A stretch of 64,000 nucleotides of DNA from Ruditapes philippinarum (taxonomy: Eukaryota): positions 186,001-250,000 of the forward strand of contig NW_026857880.1 in NCBI RefSeq assembly GCF_026571515.1. The letters run 5' to 3'. Shown in pieces: positions 1 to 12,840 of the stretch (the stretch's first letter is position 1; each line of letters starts with the position of its first letter). The notes beneath the pieces were generated by a model. It saw nothing but the letters and a program-made list of their open reading frames with translations, was not told the origin of the DNA and made no database searches. The position numbers and the translations under genes are program-made.

Positions 1-269
1 TATTATTAATGTCGATTTTCTAAATATCATAGGCAACGCCAAGTTTCTCATTCAGATACTTAGTATTGAATATTAAATTGTAATAAAAAACTGTTATAGC
101 CAAGGTTTTCGTATCAAATATTCATTTTTATCAGTTCATGTCAAGCTTCTGAGCGCCTTAAGTAATATCAAAATTCCAAATGGGATATTTATGCCATTTT
201 TTCACATGACCTCCATAAATATCATAATTGCTCATTATGATAATTTCTCAGAGGCCTCGCACTACTATA

Positions 270-705
270 ACTTATGTCAACCTTCACATTATCAATATAA
301 ATGTCAAGTTTCATATTATCAATATAACCGCCTCCGTGGTCGAGGGGTTAGAGTCGATGACTTCTAATCCAGTTACCTCTCTGGCGATCCCCGGAAGATG
401 CTTTGGTAGTTTAGCGCGGAGGAAGGTAGTCTAGTACTGGAGTAACTCTCCAGGAACGATGGTTAGGAAACTACCCACCTATATGACTGAAATACTGTTG
501 GAAAAAGGCGTAAAATAAAACAAACAAACAAACAAACATTATCAATATAAATGTCAAGTTAAAATGTCACGTTTCATATAATCAATATAAATGTCAAGTT
601 TCAGATTTTTAACACAATTGTCAAGTTTCACATCATCAATTTAAATGCCAAGTTTCACATTATCACAGTTAATATCAATTGATATTATCATAGTTAATGT
701 CAAGA
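270..705. repeat. Degenerate ~27-bp tandem repeat (tttcacattatcaatataaatgtcaag), interrupted by a SINE
   Basis: The unit recurs before 328 and about six times between 538 and 705. Confidence 0.75.
328..537 (+). mobile_element. tRNA-derived SINE with (AAAC)n tail and 13-bp TSD
   Basis: A-box-like head (gtggtcgaggggttaga); 3' end tatgactgaaatactgttggaaaaaggcgtaaaa followed by (aaac)n; direct repeat attatcaatataa at 315-327 and 538-550. Confidence 0.75.
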
Positions 706-2730
706 AAGTACATTAACCATTGGTTTATTTTGGAATATAAAGATGACATATATTGAAATATGATGCTGTTCTCTCGTCGGAACTAATATTTAATTGAGGT
801 TATTTATGTAGATTAACAACCACAGCAACGGTATCATTTTCCCCTAAAGTAAGATTTCCAACCCAAACAAAACAAGAGGGTTGTAAATGATGAGATCATA
901 CTTTTCTTATGTGGATTTAAGTTTTCTTAGATGAATTAAATTAGAATAGATACATGTGCCACTTACGTCTATAATGTTGTACAACTCTTTGTTGATGTCG
1001 GCTAAATCTCTGCATGAAAACGCTGCCTAGCTTTCAGAGACGTCATAACCAAGTCTTTTACACCGAGTCCTGATCGATTTTTTAAACTAGTGTTTAGTTA
1101 TTATGCCTTGAAATTTCTTTAAAAAGTTCTCTAAATTTACACAATTTAAGCAATTTTCACTCAAAAACTAAAACCAAAAGTTGTCCCGTTTTGATGTATT
1201 ATAAATGTATTATGCTGTTGTGGTAACTGATGTATTTGTTCTAATAATATATATGTTCACTTTACAATTTGATATTTCGTGTACTCAGAATATATCTGGA
1301 TGGAAAAGGTTTGTATTTAAATCTTTTTTTGTACAAAGCGTAGTTGGTAACACTCATGCGAGAGGTAAAACAGACAGGGGAAGCTACTACTAGCAGCTGA
1401 TCGCCGCTTTACATCCTTGTTTTGATTTCATAAGTGGAACTTTACGGGTTGAGGCATCAGAATTGCAAGCATCGTTTATCCCTATGTGATCGTTCGTGGT
1501 TTTGACCCTTGGTGTTGCCTTTATCATTTTAGTGATTTAACTGTCCGTGCCCTGTCCTGTTTTTGTTTGAGGTCCGCCTGGGCTCCTTGCCACTGGTTCT
1601 TGTTGCTGGGTCGTATTGGGGTTGCGTTCACTGAACGCCGCCTTTTCTTGTTGATCTTGTTTATCATGTTTTAAGCAGGATTTTGATCTTAGTTTGATCC
1701 AATTGTTTTGTATTTGTTTTGTATTTGTCGAATTTATCCAAAAAAAGGGTTGTTTCTTTGAAAATCAGCAATGATTTATATTTTATTTATGTACAGTTAA
1801 TTTTAGCAAAATGCGATCATTTCTAGTTATTAAAACAATTTAAAAAATTGAAAAAAAAATCATTTAGCTATAAATTGAGCGATACAGGTGCTAAAGGTGT
1901 GACACTGAAGTACAATGTGCATTCGCGTTAAAGCCCAATGTGACCAGCCCCTTGTCGCACTTACCAGAATTTTGGGGACCGACTACGGTATATATTTCAA
2001 TTCATTATAACTTATGTAATGTATAACTCTGTTATCAATCAAGAGACTATTCATTTACAAAATGTTTAACTTTTCAAACTTATTTGAAGCACGTGTCTGA
2101 ATAGACAAAGGAAATAGTATCGGCAAAACCGATAGCATCCTTGAGTATAGATATTTTTTATTTTAATTATCCAATCCGACGAGTTTCATAACAGCTTCTA
2201 CTAGCAAATCTTTTGATAACATGGTTTACGAAAATTATAGATTAGGAAAACATGTTCTTATAATGATAAATCACAGAAAAAATGAGAATGCATAGATTTA
2301 TTTTTGATATTATAATTTAATACATATTGTTTCGATTTTGATGTAACATAACGCTTTTATACACAAGTTATTGTTGTCAGTTAGGTGTTATCATCCGACT
2401 ACCTTCACACAGTATTTTATTGCTTTGGAATAATTAGGGTATCTAATATAAGCATTAATATATTCATCATAAATATAAATATCCCTCTGAAAATCCACTT
2501 AAGTTAACAGTCAAATCAGTTTGATAACAGAATAAAAGAAACATCCTGAAATTGCCGAAAGACAAAGAGAATCGCGTAAAATTCCGGAAGATATAAAGAA
2601 GCATCTGGTGCATGTCCGAACGAATAAATAAAATATCTAGAAATAACAGAATAATGTTAGGAAAAATAGAATTTCAAAAATGGTAATATTTTCCACGACG
2701 CAAAAGCGAGTGTTTTTTTCTCTATAGATC

Positions 2731-5700
2731 CTATTGAGGCTGCATGTATTTCATGGGGTTCGTCAAAATCTCAGAGCCCTTGTATTTATCAAGGCATTTC
2801 CCATACCAAAGGTGTCTAAATCTTTTTCCAAACATTTCTTGAATATTTGCACAAAACGCTCTGGTGTAGAAATGTTGTGTATTACATGTACATATCTTAT
2901 TTTTAATTCGAACAACCTTTCCTGCAGGTATGACCACCTGCCCCCTACGACATGTATAATCTGAAAAAAAAAATGTTATTTTAGTTCTTTTACATGTTTC
3001 ACACATTATACTAAAAATACATCCTTATTGAAATATTGCAACAGATAGGTTAAACAATTAAACGTTCACGTATGCCTAAATTGTCATTTTCCACGTCAAA
3101 TATAAAACCGGATATGCAAGTCAGATCATAAGTATGCTTTCAATTGCAAAATTCTAGCCAATGATTACCGTAAAGTTATGAGTTAGGCAGAATATAGAGG
3201 ACTTCTGCTGAATCCATTATAGGAGGTAATTTCTATTCATTTCAGCATTAAATGTATAAAGTATGAAAGTAAACCGTAACGTTATCTATTTGTGACATGC
3301 CATATTTGTTTCGCAGGGCGCCAGACGAAACCACAAAAAGACCAGTTTGCAGTACGTTAGCTCCATGCAGTGCGCCAGGCGAAAATCTGAAATTTAGACA
3401 AAGTCATCACTGTATCTTTATTTCATGCTTTCGTCTCAGGCTCCGCTCGCCAGACAAAATCACGGAAAACGAGTGTACAAGGGCATTTTGTCGTGCTTTT
3501 ACTCCACAGGGAACCACGCGAAAACACGACAATACATGTGTATGATCACTTCATATAAGTGGCGTTCGGCGGGAGCGAAAATACGACATGGCACAGATCA
3601 TTCGCCATAATACTACTTTTCTTCACTTTAGCTAAAGAAATCCAATTCGGGGTAAATTATATACTGCATTTTGATTGGATACCAAGGTCACAGCAAAACG
3701 GATACTTGACCACTTCCGCTCTGACATACGTAACATAACGAATTTAAAGGAGTACATATGAGCCGCGCCATGACAAAGCCAACATAGTGTGTTTGTGACC
3801 AGCATGGATCCAGACCAGCCAGACCAGGATCCATGCTGTCCGCTTACAAACCCTATTACAAGTAGAGAAACTGATAGCGAACATCATGGATCCTGGTCAG
3901 ACTGCGCGAATGCGCAGGCTGGTCTGGGTCAATGCTGGTCGCAAACACAATATTTTGATTTTGTCGTGACGCAGCTCATATATGGTTACTCACCCCCAGT
4001 AGGACAAACCCACGTGCAGTTGGTTGAGCTCGCATATGTTGGGTTAACACATTTTAGTGATTCAGGGGGACACGGTGGGCGATCACACACAACCTTTCCA
4101 TTAGCGAGGCACTCGCAATTGTCACACTTATGACCAACTGGACCTGTAGAAATTATCAAAATGGTGTAAAAGATGATTTCTTATCTTAATGGCATTGTTT
4201 ATTAGTGATACAGATGGAAAAAGGTAATTGTTAATTGATCACGCGCGCATGGACTAACTTACACATGCACATCTTTTATTTATTTATCTATTTATGCATT
4301 TTATATTTATGCATTTATTTATGCATTTATTTATTCATTTATTTATTTATTTTTACATTTCGGGCGTCCACATTTCGGGCGTCCAGTTGACATTTGCATC
4401 TCAATGACATGGTAGGAGTCGAGCAATAATCGCCTTTCAGTCATACAATGATAACGTATGGAATAATCAATGTAATAATCAATGTTAACGCAAATTTCTA
4501 CGGTTAAATAAATTTCAGGTTTTAAACACAAGTTGTATCATAGTTTGGGGATCTTTCTGTTGAAAATGTGTCAGAGTTAAATCGTATACATATAAATGCA
4601 CAGTGCGTTATCTGGAGTCCAGGTATTAGTTACTCGCACTCCAGAGCATGCCCTGTAACACCGCACTTTGGGGTCAAACGCACTATGGGGTTCGACCCCA
4701 AAGTGCGGTAAACTTCGCACCGCACTTTGGGGTCCAACGCACCTTGGGGTCAAAATCGAGAAATTGACCCAAAGTGCGTTAATATGCTACATATCAACGC
4801 ACTTTGGGTTCAAGAGGTCTAAAGGTGTCATCTGAGTTCTGCTTAAATACTGAGTACTGACTTATTTTCAATCTGCGACATTGGAATATTTGAGGTGGTG
4901 TTCAAGATGGCGGTCAATACTTTATGATGCTTAAGTGATAAAAGTTTCATTAATTTTACCACTTGAAATATCTAAAAATTGTGTTCATATATAAGAAAAT
5001 TACGGTGGCACAAAAGTGACATTTGCAATTTTTTGTTATAAGTTTTGTATACATATTTTATTTTAGTTTCGCATACATATTTTTTTCAGTTTTGCATACA
5101 TATTTTTTTAGTTTTGCATTCATATTTTATTTTTGTTTTTCGTACATATTTTATTTTTGTTTTCCATACATATTTAAGCCCATCAAAACAGCCTTCAAAT
5201 CTCATAACAGTCCATAGATTAGTTGAGTATAAAACTAGCACAGTGGTTTGGTCACATTTCTGCCCATTTTTGAAATCGGCCAATCGTTTTCCGGGGGTGG
5301 GGGAGTCTGGTTTCGGCCGACCTTTTTCGGCCCACTTTTTCATATTATAACTATTTTATATAATATTGTTTATTATCATTATATACTTTTATATAAGTGT
5401 CTATTTGGAAAGGGCTGTTGATTGGTGATCAGTTATTATTCCATGAATATGCACCACTCAACTCCACCCCCTGAGAATTGAGAATTATGAAACTTAGGTC
5501 AATTCTTTAGCACATCCAGATAATGTGCAGAACATATATGCCAGGTGTGCCCGGCTCAAGGTCGGGGTCACACCAACAGGTCAAAGGGTAAAGACTTGGG
5601 TTTCATGTCCGCTCCTTATCTCCAAAACCCCTTAAGGATTTTAAGGCACCTTGTGACAAATGTTAACCACATCGAGACCATATGCAGTACCTTTCTTTGG

Positions 5701-8700
5701 GTTACCGCGGACTATATAATATATTTTATAACTAAAAAAGAATATGTATGCAAAATTTAAATAAAATATGTATGCAAACTGAAAAAGAATACATTTGCAA
5801 AACGAAAAAAAGTATGTATTCAAAACCAAAAAAAAAAATATGTACGACAAACAAACAAAAATTTGTACGAAAAAAAAAACAACAACAACAACAAAAAAAA
5901 AAAAGTATCAAAAAAAAAAAAAAAAATACAAATACACTTATATGCCACCGTTCAAAATACTCCAGTACAGAAATTGTGTATTTCTAGAATTAAAAGATGC
6001 TGCGAAAAATATCGCGTTCTGTCGGTCATTTACTTGATAACTTTGGGTGCCATATTGAGCCCTATTTTAAATATGTTGGGAATGAAATTAAATGCAGTTA
6101 GTATTTTTTTTCCCAAAGATCTATAAATATACTCTATTGCAATGTTCTGGTGAAACATTAAGTTTTTCGATCGGTCTATAAATAGTGATTTTTGCAAATA
6201 CATTAATAAGCTTATCAACAAACTTAAGAGTTTTTGTAAGCTCCGTAACAACCGTTCGCCAGAGGTTTTTTATGGGAAATCTTACATACTTCTTTAGGAA
6301 CAGCAAACATGAATTCTATTATGTTAAAACAATGGTATCAGAGAAATTTAAAGTAGCGATAAATGTGAAATTATTTGTCATAAAAGAAGTCAAAACACTG
6401 TAGTATTTGACTTCCATATAAAATACTAATTCACTATAACTGTACTCATCATTGCCAAAAAGCAACAGATCAAAAAGATGGTTCAGGTAATTGGCCAATG
6501 TGTATTTTTTGGATAATATAAAGGAACATCAAAAAGAAAAGGCTTTTAAGAAAAACAAATAAAAGCATAATGGGCCTTTAAACGGTATTTTTAACCCTCG
6601 GGGGGATCGATACCCCACAATCCCCTTTATACACCAAGTGAGAATTTTACATTATTCTGAAGCTCCACTCTTAATGTGCGTCTACTTACATAGTTGATAT
6701 TTTTAGTACTGCCTGGACGGACTACTACTTAAAGCCGCAATAGGGCTCGTATACCTTGTCAAGTTTCTTATATGTCACATTTAGCTGAATTAATGGCTCT
6801 TTCAACATATTATCAGGCACATTTTTTACTGAAATGTCTTACTAAGATTTCCCAGAATTTATACCTTTGTCTATGCTAAGACTATCATATTTCTATAAAA
6901 TGTGGAAACAAACGGGAAAATAATGCATTTAGCTAAAAACAATGGAGTTAATGAAAGGTGTGCATTCTTTTAAAATAAATGGAAAATTTGAGAAAAAATA
7001 TTTAAAAATTTGATACAAATTCTTTATCTAGTGATTTATTTTGTGAAAGTTCTTCACATACTGATCAAGATCATTTAAATCCCTATTGATTCTACTATAA
7101 TTCAGGTCACATGTTTGTGTCTATTTAATACCTTGATTTTTGTTTACCATTGGCTTTGACTACAATATATTATTTAAAACATATTGAACATTAATTTTCT
7201 ATGACCCCAAAGTGCAGTCGTTTGCCTGATGTTAAAAAATGCATATGTACCTGTTTAACGCATTTGGGTCGAAATTGAACCCCAAAGTGCGTAACGCACT
7301 CTGGGGTCGGACCCCAAAGTACGTAACGCACTTTGGGGTCAGACCCCAAAGTGCGTTTGACCCCAAAGTGCGGTGTTACAATGCCCATTGATTGTTTCAT
7401 TTTTGCCGGGGTTTACTTATTGCGACGGAAAAGAAAAGGAAAGCGACAGAAATATCATACCAGATGCACGTTCATTGGTTACTTTTTCCCGGGGTTTCAT
7501 ATTCTGACAACAGGGAACGTGTATTTATGTTTGACTATGATACACAAGAGGAAGAACATCAAAACACTCGGCAATCTGATTAATTCTCGGGGGCTACGCC
7601 CCTCGTACAATCAGATAGCCTCGTGCTTCGATGCTCTTTCTATTACATATATTCAAGAAATGACATCTTAGATACTTTGATGTTGATAAGCATTGTTAAC
7701 ATCATAAAATATATAGTGAGAAGTGAACTAAAAATGTAAAACATAACTAGATACTGATTTACATGTGTAAAAGATTTCTAGCTGGTACATTGACTTGTCC
7801 GAGAGTGAAAGGTGACAAGGTTGATAAGCATTTATAACTCTTATATGCAAAAGTGTAAATTGGATTACGTCCCTTCCATTAGAATATGGATAGTGATGCG
7901 AAATATTTGAGAAAATCTATCACAGTATTGCCCATTTTCCTACATAATATATACCTGTGATATATACATACACAACATTTGCCGTCTGATAAATTCATTA
8001 AAGACAGTTTGCGTTCCGTTAAAATGATATTGTGAAATGAATTATAAACTTATCTAATTTCCATATCTAATTTCCATGGTATCTCAATATTAAGTATATT
8101 CTCCCATTTGCTTTCAACTTTGAGTTTGCCCGTCTCATTATTCCAGAATTGACTATTTGTCAACAAGTTAGTGCAAAGAGCAGGTCTTATTTTTATAGCC
8201 ACTGTCTTATAAAGCATTTACATATAGTGTAACTTCTCTGTCATGTTTTTTTAACTATTATTTTATTGTTTCTTTGTTTTATTGTTTGTTTGTTCACTCT
8301 TATGCCCTTAAAGGTCATAAGGATTTGTTTATGAATAAAAAGGTCAATAAAAATATATGTAGCTATGCTTGATTTAAGAAATCGGCAATCCAGATTCATG
8401 TGTATTTAAACTTCCTTAAAAGCATATCTGTACTTACAAAAAATTGTTGTTTCAAAGGGCCAGATATTTTTTAAATACAATATATTTATTTCTATGTAAG
8501 AACCGGAATATAGCGGTTATTTCCGGAAAAAATATGTGAGTATTACCAAAAACGAATGCATGTATATTAAATATACTTTATTTTGTGATATATATTCTGT
8601 CTTGAATTTTGCTTTATACTGAGCCCAATTTTCGAAAGGTTTTTATGAAAAGTACATGTACTTATTTTCAATTTTAAAGGGAAATTTAGAAAATATAAAC

Positions 8701-10434
8701 ATGTAAAGAAAAAAAAATAGTCTGCCTCATTTGTATCATATTTCTGTAAAACACCTCCGAGTATCTTTTTCCCGTGTTTACTAAATCATTATTTACATAG
8801 TTTACATTGTGTAAATTAGATTGTTAAGTTGTTTTGAAATTTAATTCATTAAAATTTAAACATAAAATTCTTTTTCTTTCAGTTATTGACATAGATGAGT
8901 CAAAGAAAGAGTTACTCTAGCCGCATTCCCTGGGAAAAGTAAAAATGGATAATGCGGGATTTATCGTTGTGTCTCTTAACTATCGGGCTAATGCGATTTG
9001 TTTTATCACCAGAATGACTGGGGATATATTCGAATTGCACTTGGGATTCAATCATCCGATGGTCTCCGCAGGATATGACCTTAACACGGGGTATGAAAAT
9101 CTTTAATTCAAAAGACCCCTTTATTTAGACAAAAGTTACAATATATAAAAAAAGGTTGGCCCTTTGGCTGATAGCGACAAAACATTTAATCTATGCGTTC
9201 CGTGACGTCTGATCACGGGCTCCACTATTTGCCATTCAATCAGTACATATTGATAAATAATATAGTAAAATATGAAAGATTGACTAGTCCATTAAAAATA
9301 AACCGACCTAAAGGGCTATTATGCATTGATAACATTATACAATTTAATGATGTCGTCAAACTTTATATAATGATTAAACATTACCTTGTGGCACAACAAC
9401 GCCATTGTATTTACAGCCACATGATTTACAGCATGAGTCCGCTTTGTAGACCTGGTAGGTACACGTAAGCTCTGGGCATTCTTCATCACACTCTTCACAG
9501 CACTGCTTGCAGCAACCATCTTCTGAATATCTAGTTTGTTTCAGTATACCACACGAGGCTTCCGGACACTTTCTCGGTGTACACGTGAATATTCCATCAG
9601 CACAGCATTCGCATAAATAGCAAGGGTTATGCGGATGTTGAAAAATTTCCCCTGAAGTAAAGTATAAAGAGTCGAATGACGTCATGCATTTGTCTCCCAA
9701 TTTTAAAAGAAAAACAAAATGTTATAATTTCTGAATTTTAAGCCTTTGAAAAGACTTTAAAAATATAATAAATGTACAGACGTGTGTTTTATAATGTGGT
9801 TATTATGAAATTTAGATAATGTAAGAAACTTGTCGCATGAAGAACATACAGGTCTGACTGTGAACTATTAAAGTAGATAAAAGTAAACAAAATGATATTT
9901 TGACTTTGAGACAAACTACCTTATTGCTATACATGTACGCATAAAAAGCAAATTCAAATTCAAATTTTATTTGTCTCCGTGCATCATATATGATATACCT
10001 GTAAAAACAGTTATAATTTATAAAAAAAAGAAAAGAATTTCCTAGGAACAATCACAATGCATAAAAAAGATTATCCCACCTATTTTTTTTAAACTTAAAA
10101 AATGAAAAAAACAAACAAAACATATCATAGCATTTAAAAGCTTATTGGCCCTTAATTTTGAACCGTAACTGTTTTTTACTTGACTTGAGCATTATTTTTT
10201 ATCAAGAAATGTCTTACTTTAATTAATGGGCATAAAATTTTATATCTATAGCAAGGAGAATCTATCATCTTCTATTTCCTTGAGTTGAGGTCTCCGAAAG
10301 GTAACAGTAAACATACCTTCTTGATATTTTTGAAACGCACCCGTCACATAACACGTCCCATTTACCGCTGCCGCAACATCAAACTTTATAACAACGCAAA
10401 GACCGAACAATAACAAACTATACAATCCCGTCAT
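2731..10434 (-). CDS. Secreted cysteine-rich protein with VWC-like repeats, 4 exons, 254 aa
   Basis: Exons 10434-10317, 9651-9385, 4143-3994 and 2960-2731. All introns are GT-AG and phase 1, and the joined sequence is an open 765 nt. N-terminal signal peptide MTGLYSLLLFGLCVVIKFDVAAA. VWC motifs PCYLCEC...CTPRKC...GCCKQC, DSCCKSC and KCDNCECLANGKVVCDRPPC. Exon 3 (GPVGHKCDNCECL...WVCPTG) is absent from the ORF track. Confidence 0.85.
3760..3977. mobile_element. Palindromic MITE, GAG..CTC termini, ATAT TSD (Sola-like)
   Basis: atat|GAGCCGCGCCATGACAAA ... TTTGTCGTGACGCAGCTC|atat; internally palindromic; second copy at 36920-37154. Confidence 0.8.
4654..7380. mobile_element. Non-autonomous TIR DNA transposon, TGT..ACA termini, 6-bp TSD ATGCCC
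   Basis: atgccc|TGTAACACCGCACTTTGGGGTCAAACGCAC ... GTGCGTTTGACCCCAAAGTGCGGTGTTACA|atgccc; several subterminal GCACTTTGGGGTC motifs in both orientations at each end; no ORF; lies in intron 2 of the VWC gene. Confidence 0.9.
5001..5952. mobile_element. Nested TAC..GT(A) TIR element (IS3EU-like, non-autonomous) with inverted subterminal minisatellites
   Basis: TACGGTGGCACAAAAGTG versus CACTTATATGCCACCGTT; flanks gaaaat/caaaat (5 of 6); (ttttgcatacatatttt)n array on the left arm, its reverse complement on the right arm. Confidence 0.65.
7554..7640. repeat. Hairpin with gctacgc loop, dispersed repeat (related copy ~13410-13490)
   Basis: catcaaaacactcggcaatctgatt...aatcagatagcctcgtgcttcgatg is an imperfect stem-loop; similar sequence catcaaatcactcggcaatctgac at ~13411. 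Confidence 0.5.
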
Positions 10435-12409
10435 ATCTCTAACTCAAATCTGATTTACCCCCAAACAATGGGCTGTATTATTTTACTCCTTAACAAATCC
10501 TTATAACTGTATATTTATATATATAATTGTAATGTTTCAAGTCATTAAAAACTGTAAAATGTTTAAAGTTATGAACATTTCATTTCAAAACCTGTTATAA
10601 ATTCGTTATACTGATATCGTCGTCGATCTCATTATTTATGTTTCATCATTAAGCAAAGCGTCCAGTAATCTTGAATTTCCAGAATTGTTACTGAATGTGA
10701 GTATATATATATATATTATTCTTTCTAATCATTTGGTGCAATCGTAAAAGTGACGGTATTGTAACGATTTAAACAGCTAAAAAGAGCGATAATGTCTTAT
10801 CAGATAGACACGGCAATTGAATAAAGGGTTACTTACGCTATTGAGGACAGTTTATGCTGTGAATGCCAATGTTAGTGTTTGAAGCTATTTTTTGTCCAAT
10901 AGGATTGCAAGATTTCAAATGAATCATAACACATTAACTTTGGTAAATCGGCAAACTGTAAATCAGTCTAGTAAACTGACTATCTATAAAATAAATTAAA
11001 ACACAAAACCAGCTTAGTGTTTTAAATTATTTATAAGTACGTATTTACAAAATTAAATTGGTCTCGCGGCTGCGTTGTTATTCTGCAAACGCTGACAAGT
11101 AACATTTTTACTCATGTGACGTCAGATATACCTCCTGTCATCGAACATACAAAAGTGGAATCCTATGAACCTATAAGAACACATCTCAAGCAAAGTCTCC
11201 ATCTCATTTTTAACCATTCTGAACACCTCGCCTCGGTCGACTTTAAGAAGAACTCATACGTAATTATTTGTGAAAGTTGGGGAAACAAGACTGTTTCGAA
11301 CCTTCTATCAAGAAAGTCTGTCCTTACTTTTGTACGACAAGTGATTATGTTTGTTAAGGTACACCCGTATGGCTTGCTGTTGTGGCTTTTAACAGGTTGA
11401 AAAGTACAATAGTTTCAAGAGACAAAATATCAGTTATAATTCGATAAAAGCTTGATAAAAAGTGTGGTGACACTTTTATAATCTCTAAATATCCAGGAAG
11501 CAAAATTTTTAATTACAGTAAAAGGAGCTCTACTCACCTCTAAATGCCAAAAACATAAAAAAATCTTACATTAACCAAAGGTGGACCTAAATTTGAAAAA
11601 TATGCAAAAAAAAAATAAAGAAATATACTAAAATATGATTAACAAGAACAATAAGGAAAGACGGCGTTCAATGAACCCAAATAAGACTAAATTTAAAATC
11701 GCGAAGGATGTGACACATTCGTCAGATAGACAAGCCAGCTACTAAAACTTGGGCATTTAGATGACGAGATCTAGCCAGCCACCAAAGTTTGGGAGTAACC
11801 ACGTGACATCCCCGACGACTTCGGCCAGAAAGTTACAGATAACTGTGTGTATAAAATTGCAGTTAACCTCGTGATTCCCCCAGGGACCGTCAGCCATCCA
11901 TCAATAACTGAGCGTTTATATATAAAAACCTTCAAAAACAAATTGCCAGAATTAAAATTGACAAGTGACGTTACTTTTGAAGCTAAACTTAAGCATCTGT
12001 GACAAAATGTGGTTTCCACATGAACAATTGTAAATTGCTTAATCGTTTCGATTCTGTTTTTGTTTTCTCTTTAATGGTCGCTTATTCTCCGCAAAATATT
12101 GATTCATTTTTGTTTTATTATTCAAAATATCAATATAAAAAATTCCTGTGAAAAGTTGGATTTATATCAATGTTTGGTATCAATCCAACATTCAGAAATA
12201 TATAATCGAGCATTTCATTTACGTTAGCTAAAATCGTTTGAGAATAGTTAGGTTAATTTGATTCGTTCCAAATGATTGTATGCTAAAGTATCTTTGACAA
12301 AATTGTTTTTCAAGTTCTTTTACCCTTGCATTTAATTTAGTGAAATGCAGACTGGAAATAAATGTTCCGTGTAAGTAATGCTTGGCGATTATTTGACTCA
12401 CTCTTTGGA

Positions 12410-12840
12410 CATTCCCAGTGAGCACTACTTCCTCCATGGACATAGCTTACCTTTATGAACAATTTTCGTTGCCGTCAACATTTCTCATCGAGAACTTCTA
12501 CCTACATAAACATTTCTCACTAAATACTATGAAATATATGAACATTTCTTACTGAGAACTACTCGCTCCCTGGGCACATCTCACTCAGCACTACTATTCA
12601 TACATAAACATTCTTCGCTGAAAAGGAAAAAAAGGACCCGTCTGTTATCCATCAACAACTGAGCGCTTATATAAAAGATAATCTTGTCTGCAATAAATAA
12701 TTACAGAATGTTTGTATTTGAGTGACTTCTCTGTTAATCTCATTGAGCACTACTAACTACATGAACATTTTTCACCGATCACTACTCATTTACAATTTTC
12801 ATTAAGCACTACTAAAATCATGAAGATTTATTAATGGACA
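12410..12840. repeat. Degenerate ~30-35-bp tandem repeat (gagcactact...catgaacatttctcact)
   Basis: Recurring gcactact and aacatttctc motifs. Confidence 0.55.

Noticed and set aside
328-400. tRNA gene
   Set aside because: Only a degenerate tRNA-like head; the tail and TSD identify it as a SINE.
3280-3610. Further TAT..ATA-type element
   Set aside because: The right end is plausible (gccata), but the left end is too decayed and no TSD is visible.
3789-4133. 114-aa plus-strand ORF
   Set aside because: Spans a MITE and the antisense of VWC exon 3.
5023-6126. Overlapping F/Y/K-rich ORFs
   Set aside because: Translations of minisatellite arrays and A-tracts inside a MITE.
6733-7093. Possible Kolobok-like nested element (ttaa|AGCCGCAATAGGG ... 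CCCTATTGATTCT)
   Set aside because: The TIR is mismatched and the right-hand TTAA is absent.
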